Shown here piece by piece: positions 1 through 12,119 of a DNA stretch of 64,000 nt. A program made the position numbers and the translations under genes. This stretch comes from Azolla caroliniana (lineage: Eukaryota > Plantae > Polypodiophyta): NCBI GenBank assembly GCA_043228905.1, contig JBHGNT010000011.1:8060001-8124000 (forward strand). Reading direction: 5' to 3'. The notes under the pieces were generated by a model. That model worked only from the letters and a program-made list of their open reading frames with translations, did no database searches and was not told the origin of the DNA. Each line of letters begins with the position of its first letter. Position 1 is the first letter of the stretch.

Positions 1-111
1 CGCCAACACCTATCAAATGCACACCGAAATGAAAGAAATCAATCTCACCCTATCGCATCCCTCTTCACCTACCGAACCACCCGAAAACGACCCGGTTTGG
101 CAAGCCGTCAC
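1..111 (+). mobile_element. Element Z (Ty3/gypsy host element), gag fragment
   Basis: Reads ...PPENDPVWQAVT, homologous to DPIWQELARYEI in A gag. The frame continues as SCQISMPLHKLL on the minus strand from 57115 downward, after TSD gtcac. Confidence 0.85.
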
Positions 112-576
112 TGTTGTCCGCCAGAATAGTAACCGGCGGACATAAGCGCACAAGCATTATAATATAGTAAAGTGTAAGAAACACATGTAACGGTTCACAT
201 GGGAAGTGTGAACGGCTAAAGGCCCTGTGTATATAAAGGGCAGAAATCCTCTGTAAGAGGTAGCGTGTAATTTTGGTGCATAGAGCGTTTTCTAATGGAA
301 TACTATCTTTTCCGATTTTTGTGCATATCTATGGTTTTATCTACTGTGTTCTTTGTTCTCTGTTGTGTACTGTTAATCATAAGGATGTAGGCGTAAGTGA
401 GGATACTAGTGCACTTCCTTAGGAGTTCGGTTGTAGCCGTCTCCCTTATACGCTACTAGGATACGAGGGAGTATCCCATTACGTATTGTGGTACGATGGT
501 ACCATTCCTTGCAACACAGTCACCTTGAGGTCTACGTCGAAGGACTGACCGTAGACAGTGTTCCTAATCGGTAACA
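112..576 (+). repeat. Element A 5' LTR
   Basis: TGTTGTCCG...GGTAACA; reverse-complement copy at 57121-57584; TATA-like TATATAAAGGG near 230-240. Confidence 0.92.
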
Positions 577-580
577 CATT

Positions 581-593
581 TGGCACGCCTGGT
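581..593 (+). promoter_or_regulatory. PBS of A (tRNA-Arg-like)
   Basis: TGGCACGCCTGGT 4 nt after the LTR; resembles the complement of the plant tRNA-Arg(UCU) 3' end as I recall it (TGGCACGCCCGGTGGGAC). Confidence 0.8.
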
Positions 594-3144
594 GATCTGT
601 GTCTTCTCATAGAAGCACGACGAATGGATGTTTAGCCGTAGAAGACCCAGAGAACTGACACGACAAGACCAACCAATCACAAGGTCCATCACACACCAGG
701 CAGAGGAACGCGCAAGGCAAAAACCTCGCCTTAGTGATATCTATCGGGACCACAAAGTCGACTTACCGCTCACCAAATACCCCGGCGACACGAAGGAAGT
801 TCTTTCACCACACAAGTACTGTGGTCTTCCCATGCCCACCGTACCATCCAACATGGTCTTCTCCTATCCCCGCTTCAACGGCGAAATAGATGCCGCAACC
901 CACATTCGCATGTTCTTGAATGTTTGGAATGTGAATCACATGGCGTAGAGAATTCCCAAAGAGGTAGCGCACTAGTCCAAAATGACAAAGTTTGGACTAA
1001 CTCTGGATGGTACAGCTGTGTTTTGGCATGCGCAGATGGATCTGCTAGCAATCACGACCTTCGACCAGCTACAATCAGCCTTTCTGCGTTTCTTTCTTCG
1101 AAGGATGCCGCAACGCGAAATCCTTGGACAGTTCATTTGCGAAATCCTTGGAGCAAGCCACACCTGGGGATAGGAACACGTCACCGGCTACCGAGAAAGG
1201 CGAATCCAACATCCATTGTTTCATTTGCCAACAGCCCGGACATTATGCCACTCAATGTCCACTACGCAAGGGCAAGGACCCCACGGTCAATACAATTATG
1301 GCGGAAGTTCAGCAAGTTACGACAAGGCAACAAACGAAAAATGTTGATTGGGCCACGCAAGATGAGATACGTAAGACGGCCCAAGCATGGGTCGAAAAAG
1401 CGAATGTGGCCAATACAGAGCACAGGCAGCAGGAGTCTGCAAACAATGTGGGGCCATTGGAGGAAGACATAATATCCCCGGATCCCATATGGCAGGAACT
1501 CGCACGTTACGAAATAACACTAACTATGGAGAACCTACTTCAATTAGTTCCACGGTTCCGTCAAGTCATAGAGGATCGCATAATGAGCAGACCTGGGGTC
1601 AGCGTCTCCGCCAATTTTATGGACACCAACAACGGACCAACAAAGGTCGATCACCACAATCCAGCTATTAAGTTGGTATTACACGGTTAGGAAATCACAT
1701 GATGCATAATTGACAGGGGTTCTGGCGTCAATGTAATTAACGCTAAGACATGCAAACAATTGAGAATTTCAGAATGGGAAGCTTGCCTTTTTTGGCTTCG
1801 CATGGCGGATACCCGCTCAGTTAGGCCTTTAGGCTTAATCCAAAAATTAGGCATCATCATTGGCAGACATCGCTTCGACATCTCAGCGGTAGTCCTCGCC
1901 CTCGACGCTCCGGGAGCGTATCCAATGCTGCTTGGCAGACCTTGGCTTCGTTCGGCGAATATCAAACAAAGCTAGAAACATAAGTGCATCAGTTTTTGCC
2001 GAGGATGCACCAAGATTCGCGTACCCAGAGAGGAAATGACGGCACAACCCAAGGGGATAACACCATTATATGCAGAAGATATAAATATGTTGGATGGGGT
2101 GGAGGATACAGAGTTAGAAGGATACCTGGACGAGTTCCCTTGAATCCTTCCACTATTCGAAATCGATATAATAGAAACCGCGGCAGAGTACGTTACGCCT
2201 ACTTTACTTCACGAAGAGGCTTATGAACCAGACCCAGAGTCGATCATGGAATTAAGCAGAGCACGGGCGGCGTTTGAGAAGGAAATGGAAATTTCACGAC
2301 GAGTCGCTGCTTCAGCCCTAGAAGAAGTTAACGTAGGCATGACATTAGACCCCCGACTCCTCTCCATCGCAAAAGAGTTACTACCGGATCAGAGAGAGGC
2401 GATGATAGCACTGCTCAGGAAGTATAAAGATGTGTTCGCTTGATCCCACGAGGACATGAAGGGATTAGATCCAAAGTTCTATCAACATAAGATCAATTTA
2501 GCGACCGATGCGAAACAAGTCCAACAACGTCGATACCGCATGAATCCGAATTACGCGGCTCGCATAAAAGAGGAAATTGACAAACTTCTCAAGGCTGGAT
2601 TCATTCGAGTAGTCAAGCAAGCTACATGCCTAAGCCTGATAGTAGTTGTACCAAAGAAAAATGGAAAAATACGTGTGTGCGTGGACTACCAGAAATTGAA
2701 TGTTGTAACCATTACAGATGCATTCCCTTTACCTTTCACCGATAGCGTACTAGATGCAGTCACAGGGCATGACATGTACAACTTTCTAGTTGGCTTCAGT
2801 GGGTACAATCAAGTACGCATGCACCCCGACGACCAAGAGAAGACGACGTTTGTCACGGATTGGGGAGTTTATGTCGCGGTCGTCATGATGTTCGAGCTAA
2901 AGACGTTGTCGGCACATTTCAGTGGACAATCACGGAGATTTTTGGGGAATATATACCCGCCTTCATGTAGGTCTTTTTAGACGATTTTGCGGTGTATGGG
3001 ACTGCAGCCGAACATTTTACGCATCTACAGCTTTGCTTGGAGCGTTGCCGAACTTCACGCTGACCCTGAATCCCGCCAAATGTGCCTTCAGCGTCACTAG
3101 TGGAGCCCTCCTCGGCCACATAGTCAGTAAGGAGGGGATAGCGG

Positions 3145-4336
3145 TGTCGCGAAAATACGACGAGGATACATGAATTTGGAGGCAAGACCCCGGGGCCTCC
3201 GACCAGAAGATATCAAATACGTGTGTTTATATTAAACAATTAATGGAAAATGAGAAAGATTGACAAATTTCTATAATAAATAGAAAAGAAAGATTACAAT
3301 TAATCCCAAGATCGGAATTATAAAAGTTTGGCTTATGGAGATTACTAGATTAATAGATAAGAGGAAATTAAGATATGAATTCTATAGAAAATTAAGGTTT
3401 TTGGCTTTGATAAGAGATTATGGTTTTATGAGTTAAATAGCTTCCGTATGGAAAATTAGGGTTTTTGGCTTCCGTAGGGAAAATTAGGATTTTTTGGCTT
3501 CCGTAGGGAAAATTAGGGTTTATGACTTCCGTAAGGAAATTTAGGGTTTATGAGTGTTATGGCTTCGATAAGATAAGGGAGCTAAGAAGGAAAAGAAAAT
3601 AAAAATTGGAGAGAGGATGAGTATAGAAAAAAACATGGAATTTGTATAGAGTTCCCCGTTGATCATATGCCTCCACTTTTTGTTGCATGGCCTCTACTTT
3701 TAGTTGCATAGCTTTTTCTTTTAGTTGCATGGCTTTTTCTTTTAGTTGCATGCGACCGTCCACATGACCTTTACTTTAGGTTTCTTCACTTCACTTTAGT
3801 TAGCCACATGATCTTGTTATTTGTTCGGTTTGCGTCCAGCCTCTTCCGGTCGCCGGTTCCCTCCGGTCGCCGATTGTCGCCGCCTCACCGGTTTCGGTTT
3901 GCTTACCGGCTGGTTTTTGGTTTTTCTTACTAGCCGGTTTCCGGTTTGCTTACCAGCCGGTTTCTGGTTCCGGTTTTGCTTACCAGTCGATTTCCGATTT
4001 TGCTTATCGGCCGGGTTCCGATTCCGGTTTTGCTTACCGATCGGTTCTAGTTTTGCTTACCGACCGGTTTTCGGTTTTTGGGAACTTGGCCACCATCATC
4101 CATCAAGACAAAGTGGCCAAAGTGCTCTTAGCACCAATGAAAATGAGGGTCTCAAGGTGCTTATATAGCCAGGGCCTTAAGTTTCCTATCTATATGGGAT
4201 AAATAATAGTTCTATTTTTCCTATCTTCTCAAACATCCATCTTTCTATAACATGCCATTAAGTTAATATAAAGTACTTATTTTATTATTTATTTATTTAC
4301 ATAGTTTTCATATCGTGTGTGAAAAACCACACGACA
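3145..4336 (-). mobile_element. Solo LTR with 4-bp TSD, inside A RT
   Basis: TGTCG...CGACA ends; flanks gcgg/gcag; the A frame EGIAV|D resumes after it. Orientation is inferred from similarity to C/D LTR layout. Confidence 0.85.
3430..4075. repeat. Three short tandem arrays within the solo LTR
   Basis: ~29-bp CTTCCGTAGGGAAAATTAGGGTTTT units (3440-3550), ~21-bp TGCATGGC..TTTTAGT units (3684-3751) and CCGGTTTTGCTTA units (3888-4075). Confidence 0.8.
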
Positions 4337-6285
4337 GCAGTAGATCTAAACAAAATCTCCGCGATTACTCACGCAAAGACGTCGACAAATGCCAAAGCAC
4401 TCAGCCGATTTCTGGGACAAATATGATGGCACAGTCGGATGATACGCTATTTGGCGGATTTTGCCACACCATTACATGCCGTCGTCCACCGTACTCCTTT
4501 CAAATGGACAACAACGGAAGAAAAGGCGTATGATGCGCTAAAAATAATGCTAACACAAGCACTGATCGTACAGCCACCAGATTGGGCGAAACCATTTCAC
4601 GTTTTTGTGGATGCCTCAGATATAGCAATAGGTAGTGCGCTGATGCAGCTCAAAGAGCCGAATTGGTACCGACTAGTGTACTACGCTAGTTGGAAACTAT
4701 CAACGGCTGAGTGTAACTATTCCACAACGGAACATGAAGCGTTGGGTATGATATACAACATCCGAAGTCGAGAAAAAACGGTTGACCATCCGAAGTCGTA
4801 ATTTCTATTTAGTTGAAGAAGTCCTATATCACAAAGGCAGTGGCGACATCTGGAGGCGCGGAATACGGCAGGATGAGAAGGCAACGGTTTTACGCGAAGC
4901 TCACTGTGGTACAGCGGGAGAACATTACGTGGGCGATGTTACAACCCGGAAAATCTAGCAAGCAGGACTTTGGTGGCTGACTACGCAAAAGGATGCGTAT
5001 GAATATTGCAAACAATGCGATTTATGTCAATGAATGGGCCAACCCACGAAAGTCGTGAGAATGCCACATCAACCGGTGTTGCCGTTGGATCCTTTCCAAA
5101 AGTGGGGGCTTGATTTTGTGGGGCCCTTTACACTGGCGATTGCCAGAACCGGTAATAAGTATATCTTGGTGGCTATGGATTATTACACCAAGTGGGTAGA
5201 AGCGAAAGCACTACGCAAAAATACCTGGTGTCATTTTGGCTATCTTATCGAGCTAATCAATGACCAAGGGAGTCACTTTTTGAATACGGTAATCAGCGAA
5301 CTGACCCAACACTACGCTGTGGTCCACAAAAAGAGTACGTCGTATTACCCACAGGCAAATGGCTTGGCCGAATCCACGAACAAAACATTGCAAACTATCC
5401 TCAAAAAGATAGTCAATGAGAATAGAACAGATTGGGATACCAAATTGCACAGCGCGTACCGAACCAACTATAAGACCAACATACAATCCACACCTTTGAA
5501 GCTAGCATTTGGGCTGGAGGCCATAATGCCAATCGAATTCCAGGTACCCAGTTTGCGAATTCAAGTACGAGACCGGTTTCCAGAGGACAAATCCGAACAA
5601 ATACGGCTACAACAACTGCTCGAACTAGGCAAGACACGATTACGAAGCATGGCCATACTGGAACAAGAGCAGTGTCGGCGTAAAGCATTCATGGACCGGC
5701 ATCGAAATGCACGTGAAAAAGATTTTGTAGTCGGCACAAGCGGTCTTAGGCTTTCAAACACATATGGGACAAATTCCAGGAAAATTAAGATTCTGTTGGA
5801 CGGGGCCGTACTGGATAGTTGGCACGGAAAACGGCACGTTTCAACTAGGCACCCTAGCCGGGGAAATGTTACGACAAAAAGTGAATGGGTTTCGACTAAA
5901 ACCCTACCTAGGACCGGTGCTCCAAACCCGTTCCAGGCCGTAAACGACACGACCGAAGAATCCGTGGATTGATTCATTAAAAGGAACCCCTTGTATTATA
6001 ATGTAACAGTAATATTGTATGTAACCGTTACAAGAGAAAAAAAAAAGAAAAAAAGAGAGAAGATAGCGATGCTATTAAAAGGACTTGATGCATGCACAAA
6101 CTTCTAGAGCAAGAACACGCGGCACCACGATGGCTCATAGACCAATGAACCGTAGGCCACAAAAAGAAGAAAATAGAAGGTTTTCTACATAGTACAGAAA
6201 CCAATCTTCTAACCCTCATCGCTCTCCTCACTCACCTTCCTCTCCATCATACCACAGAGCCCATGTTCGCCATAGCCAACATACC

Positions 6286-6701
6286 TGTTGAGAGACAAGC
6301 TCAACATTCAGTGCGAAGTGCGCAGCGTAACCTAATGTGTAGACTGGGTGCGTGAAAAAGTACGCACAACAGGGCCGCATCGGTATGAAAACCGAAGAGG
6401 CCGTTAGAGCGTTATTCCCCATAAGGAATAATTTTGAGAGTGAGTGTCGGGGCTCATTTATGAGCGTCAAGTACTGTCAGTACTTGTGTCAGCTCGATTG
6501 TCAGGGCTTGTATATAAGGTGCTCACTGAGCATGAAGTATGTACACAGAACAGAGTGCCATTATTTTGAATCTGAGTTTTCTGTTGTTTGCTCTCTCTCT
6601 CTCCATCTCTGCATTTTCTGTGTTTTACTGAATTGTCTTATTCCTCCAAACTGTTTACTCTGTGTTTTCACACACGCTTCCGCACAACGTATTCTTTTAC
6701 A
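6286..6701 (+). repeat. Element B 5' LTR
   Basis: TGTTGAGAG...TTTTACA; its 3' part matches the reverse complement of 63851-64000. Confidence 0.9.
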
Positions 6702-6805
6702 TGGTACCAGAGGGCGAGGGTTGAAGTCCTCTACAACCGACAAAAAAAGTTTATGACAAAAAAAAGTTGAAGTTGTTCACTTTCGGAGAAGAAAAAGACA
6801 GTACT

Positions 6806-9800
6806 ATGGACAGAGGCATGGGAAGCTCACTTCCGACTGAAAAGCTTGACAGAAGCAATTACGCATCTTGGTCTTACAAGATGCACCAATACTTGCTCGG
6901 CCATGGCTACTGGAGTTATGTCGAAGGAGCAAACGATGTGGCACCCGACTCGATACACAGGGACTATCCGGCTTGGGAACAAGTGGCAAGCCGAGTGCTG
7001 TACTACTTCGCATCCTATGTGAGCGATCAGCTTTTGAGCTATATTTGGGATGCCCAGACGCCGAAGGACGCTATCGGGGTGGTTGTGGCTCGTGCGGCGA
7101 AGTCATAGGGACTAAAGTTAAAGGGAGTTGACAAAACGTTTATAAGGCTTTGTGCACAAATGTTAGGAAGATTAAGGATAAGAAGAATAAGAGTTTAAAG
7201 TAATGTGTGTGAGAGAGATGAGCATAGATAAAAGATAGAGAGAATCATGTATGATTTAAGAAGAAAGAGTATAAGATATAAACATGATTTATATTAAGAA
7301 AACAAGTTTTTACCAACATTACAATGCTTTATAATAAGATGAACCCTTTCTCTATTGACTCTTGATTTGAACCCTTGACTCGAACTTGGAAACACGAGCC
7401 TCTTCACCAACAAGCTAACTTGTTTATGTCATTAATTATGTTCTAACTTTCTCTTGATTCCCTTTTGTTTCCTTGCCCCTCTTTATATAAGTGTTTCCAT
7501 GCATATGGTAATGTATGGGAGCATGGCATGCATGCAATGCATGAGTTACATGTAATGCATGATCGCCATTTGGCGCACATGCATTGCATGTGATGCATGA
7601 TGGCTATGTATGAAAATAGATATGGGATAAGTATAATGATGAAAATGCATTCTAAAATAACTAACCTAGCTTAGTGGTGTATGCTCTGTGTTTGGTATAC
7701 AAGGTTGAGAGTTCAAGTCTCTCTATTTTACTCAATACAATATATAGCTTCATTCTTATATCATGAAGTACATTTTTTTTACAAACTTTTACAAATAAAC
7801 AGCCTAGCCTAGTGGTATGTATGTTGTGCTTGGTTTATAAGGTTGTGGGTTCAAGTGTCTCAAATACTACTAAATACAATGCTTAAGTTTATTTTTATAT
7901 CATGAAGCACATTCTTCACAACAACGCGTGGGCGAATCTCAAAAGGATTTTCGCCGCCAAAAAGCTGCAGCTCAGGTAGGAGCTCAGCAATGTACGATAA
8001 AGAGATATGTCGGTGGCTGATTACACCACCAAGATTAAAGAAATCTGCGACTCTCTCGCCTCCGTCAACGTGAATGTCGAGGAAGATGAAATGGTGCAGG
8101 TTTGTCTTGGTGGTTTGGCGTCAAAGTTTGGACCTTTCCGAACGGCAGTCTGCACGAGGGAGATTACACCTTAATTTTTCGAGCTTCAGTCATTGTTGCT
8201 CGTAGAAGAAAACCACACAGGTGCATCGACGAGTGCGCACGCCGATGGCAAGATACTTTACACGGAGGATGATAGGCCCCGTGGTCGTGGTGGACGAGGC
8301 GGATCGGCGCGCAATGGAGGCAGCTGAAAAGAGCTGAATGTACGGCATAATAGAGATGCCGGAAGCAATTCTGAACCCTCCGCAAGCAGGGGGAGTCATG
8401 GCGGTGCCGGAAGACGGCAAGAGAAGACCGCGCTAGATTGCTGGTACTGTGGCAAGAAAGTCCACAAGGAGAGCGAGTGATGGAAAAACCTAGTTGATCC
8501 GGACAAAGCCGGATTGAGCCAAAGAGACGGAGAGAGGCGTTAGAGATCACACTATGCAAAAGGCTCTGAACGAGCCGGAAACAAATCGGGCCCAGCCTTC
8601 GTAATGAAGCATAAGGTCAATTCTATGGCCGTGAACACCTCAAAATCAAGCGAGGTGTGGTATGTTGATTCCGGAGCGTCAAATCATATGACGAGTCACA
8701 AGGAATGGTTCTCGTACCTGGAGAAACCGGAATCACAAGGAGTGGTCGAAACGGGAGACGACACTCCGCATACCATTGAACATGTCGGCGAAGTTCCTCT
8801 CAGCCACGTCGGGCAGAAAGGGAAACTCATGAACGTGTTGCATGTCCCAACAATAACGAAGAATCTAGTGTCGGTCGGTCAGATCGTCGACCAGGGAATG
8901 CAGGTTCGATTCACGCATCTCGGCTGCTTCATAGAAGAGGAACGCAAAGTAATCGCGCAAAGGCGCCGTGACACTAATCAAACTAGAACCACGTTGTACA
9001 CGAAAGGACAAAAGGTAGAATCGGATATCGACCTATGGCACAAGTAGTTTGACCACTTAAATTTCCCACGGCCTCATGAAATGCAGACGAAGAACATTGT
9101 TTGTTGCCGAAATTTCATGGCCGGAGTGGCCAAGTTTGCGAAGCCTGTCAGATGGGAAAACAATACCGACTTACATTCCCCAATGAGCGTAATCGTAGTC
9201 GAAGTCCATTGTATTTGATCCATTCGGATGTGTGGGGTCCGGCACAGAACGTGAGTCTCAGTGGAAACCATTACTTTGTAACCTTCATCGACAACTTCAC
9301 TCGGCACACATGGGTATGCACGATCGCGAAGAAGAGTGAAGTCTTTGCATGTTTCCTGAAGGTTAAGAGCCTTGCGGAAAGGGAAACAGGGCATAAGATC
9401 AAATGCCTACGGTCTGATGGCGGGAAGGAGTACTTCTCTGACCAGTTCACAATTTATCTACAGAAGGAGGGAATTCGACACGAGTTCTCGTGTAGATATA
9501 CGCCAGACCAGAACAGTGTAGCCGAGCGGAAGAAGCGGACGATTGAAGAAGCGGCCAGGGCAATGCTTGAAGAGCAGCATATGCCAAAATTCTATTGGGT
9601 CGAAACCGTGAGGACGACTGTCTACCTGCAGAATCAGACTTCTGCTAATGGAGGATGTCACCACATGAGTTGTATTTTGGAAAGAAACCGAATTTGGCAC
9701 ACTTGAGGATTTTTGGCAGCATCATGTATGTGCACATGCAAAAGGAGAAGAGAAGGAAGCTAGATGCCAAGGCCGAGAAATGTATCTTGGTCGGCTATTC

Positions 9801-11315
9801 AAACGAGCAAAAGGGGTATAAGTGTTATAACCCCCAAACAAAGGAAGTACGCGTAAACCGCGATGTCGTATTTGACGAGTCTACTTCGTGGTACTTGCCT
9901 TTCTCCTCCAGAACCTCATGACTCCATTCCGATTTCTGAAGAAGAAATCAGCGAGGCTGAAATGCCTCCGCATGATGAGGACGTTGGAGCTCTGAGAGAG
10001 AGTCTGATCTCATTTCAGCTAAGCGGGCCAAATGAGGGGTTGGGCCGAGATGGCGAACCAGATGATGAGACGGCGAGTAGTGGAGACTCGGCCATGCATT
10101 CCCCGTGCACGAAGCCGAGAAGACAGCTTATGCGCAAGGAAAAAGGCAAGAAGAAAATGCTAGAATATGACTTCGGCAGCTCCGAGTTAGATCGGAGTGA
10201 GTCTAACTACGAGCAAACTAAAAAAGAACCTCCACGGAAGAGGTCGACAGTAGCCAAGAAGGTTGTGAAATCGGGTAATCACGAATTACGCCGATCTACC
10301 CGCCTCAAGAACCCCGTAAAGAGATACGGGTATAAGGAATACATGGCACACCATTATCAGTATATGACGCGAGTGGTGGAAGTGCGTGAGCCGGAGAGTT
10401 ACGCAAAAGCAACGAGAGACGCAAATTGGCAAGCTGCGATGGAGGAAGAGATGTGCGCCTTAACGCAGAACGAGACATGGGACCTGGTTGACGCATCGAA
10501 GGGTGTGAAGTCAATCGGATGTCGGTGGGTGTATAAAGGGAAATACAATACCAACGGCTCCGTCAATTGATACAAGGCCCGCTTAGTAGCGAAAGGCTAT
10601 GCGCAGCAACACGGCATCGATTACGATGAGACCTTCGCGCCTGTCGCGAAGATGACCACCGTTCGTGTTCTGTTAGCCGTAGTTGCGGCAAAGGGGTGGC
10701 ACTTACATCAAATGGATGTAAAGAACAAGTTCTTGCCAGGTGATCTTGAGGTACAGGTGTACATGATACAGCCCCCCGGATTTCTATCCGAATGAAACAC
10801 CTCGGCGGTTTGCCGACTAAAGAAGTCATTGTACGGACTTAAGCAAGCCCCGCGAGCCTGGAACGCGAAGATTACGCAACAGCTCCGTAGGATGGGCTTT
10901 ACAATGTCGAAATCAAACTCTTCGCTATTTGTTCGGCAAGGTCAACACGAACCGGTTAGTCTCCTATTATATGTTGATGATTTAGTCATCGCCGGTGCTG
11001 ACCTGTACGAAATCCGCCGCGTGAAGTCTCAGCTTGCGGCATCGTTTGAAATGAAGGATCTCGAAGACCTTCATTACTTCCTCGGGATCAAAGTGATCCG
11101 TACCCCCGAAGTCATATTGATCAGCCAACGTCATTACGTGCTGAATATGCTCTTCAAGTTCGGGATGGAAAACTGTAAGCCCATCTCGACCCCTTTGGAG
11201 AGAAACGTGAAGCTTCGCCCAAATTCGGGCAAGGCGTGCGACCCAACACGGTTTCGACAGATTGTCGAGAGCCTTATCTATTTGACGAATACTCGAGCGG
11301 ATCTTAGCTACCCGG
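6806..11315 (+). pseudogene. Degraded copia gag-pol of B
   Basis: Gag EKLDRSNYASW; protease WYVDSGASNHM; integrase IHSDVWGP and LRSDGGKEY; RT LYGLKQAPRAW and LYVDDL. Interrupted at DLSYP by C. Confidence 0.93.
7072..7923 (-). mobile_element. Solo LTR with 4-bp TSD acgc, inside B gag
   Basis: TATCG...CAACA ends; acgc at 7068-7071 and 7924-7927; the B frame PKDA|WANLK resumes after it. Confidence 0.85.
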
Positions 11316-11955
11316 TGTCGTGCCTTTCGGCTCCGGATTGTTGTGTGAGTCAGGCGGAAACCACTGAGGTTTTGGACTAGGAGAAAAGAAAATTCTAAGG
11401 CAATTAAGAATATGAAATATATTGTAAGAAACAAAGATATGAAAAACTCGTGAATCCCACGAGTATATTATATTAATCAACCGTTGTAAAATAATCAACA
11501 ACCACTATACATCTTTCTCTCTTCCTTATATAGTGTTGGAAGAGTCTAAGTTTATCACATGCCAGCATCATGCTTTTCCTAACTTTAGTTTTCATGCACA
11601 CTGCATGTGCATGATTAACTTTCTATCCCATCTTTTCTTTTAACTCGAGTGTGTATGCATGAATAACTTTTTGTACCATGCATATCTAGAATATTTACAT
11701 GGGATAAAGTTTAGTATAAATTCATAATATGCTAGTATAGTGGTAAGGCTTAAAAATTGTTAACATGGAGGTACAGGGTTCAACTCTTGCCCTTTGCATG
11801 TAACGATCTTTTCTTCTATTTACAAATTTGTCTCTTCATCCGGTGAGAGATTCTCACCGCCCTTCTTTATCTGGCTCTTGCCGGTTCTACTTGATCTGGT
11901 TCTTACTGGTTCCTCCTTACCGATGTTCACGTAGTGTGCGAATTACACTATGACA
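11316..11955 (-). repeat. Element C 3' LTR
   Basis: TGTCGTG...ATGACA; near-identical to 24392-24829 over the shared part. Confidence 0.92.
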
Positions 11956-12119
11956 CTCGCCCCCTCCAAACCCGCACATCCTCCGGTATGTGCCGAAGTT
12001 CCCGATGCTCGTTGTTGTTCTTCATCCATAGCCCTCTCCGATTCTTCCCGTATGTCGATTATCAATTGAAGACCATTTTCTTCACTTTTCGGATCACCGC
12101 GATCTTTGTCCGATTGCTC

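Larger units (their letters stand above)
628..5972 (+). pseudogene. Degraded gag-pol of A
   Basis: Zinc knuckle CFICQQPGHYATQC; protease LLGRPWL; RT KKNGKIRVCVDY and SGYNQV; RNase H FHVFVDASD; integrase [11 protein letters not shown] and [10 protein letters not shown]. Many stops and frameshifts; split by the solo LTR at 3145-4336. Confidence 0.92.
112..6285 (+). mobile_element. Element A, non-chromoviral Ty3/gypsy, left part (5' LTR, gag-pol, 3' spacer)
   Basis: LTR, PBS and gag-PR-RT-RH-IN order. TSD gtcac at 107-111 matches the reverse complement of 57116-57120. Confidence 0.9.
6286..11315 (+). mobile_element. Element B, Ty1/copia, left part
   Basis: 5' LTR 6286-6701; PBS TGGTACCAGAG 6702-6712 (iMet-like, 1 mismatch); TSD atacc 6281-6285 matches the reverse complement of 63846-63850. 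Confidence 0.9.

Noticed and set aside
3460-3550. Interstitial telomere
   Set aside because: TTAGGG occurs once per 29-bp unit, not as tandem heptamers.
7660-7865. Functional tRNA genes
   Set aside because: A and B boxes are present, but I see no convincing acceptor or anticodon stems. Reported only as promoter-like modules.
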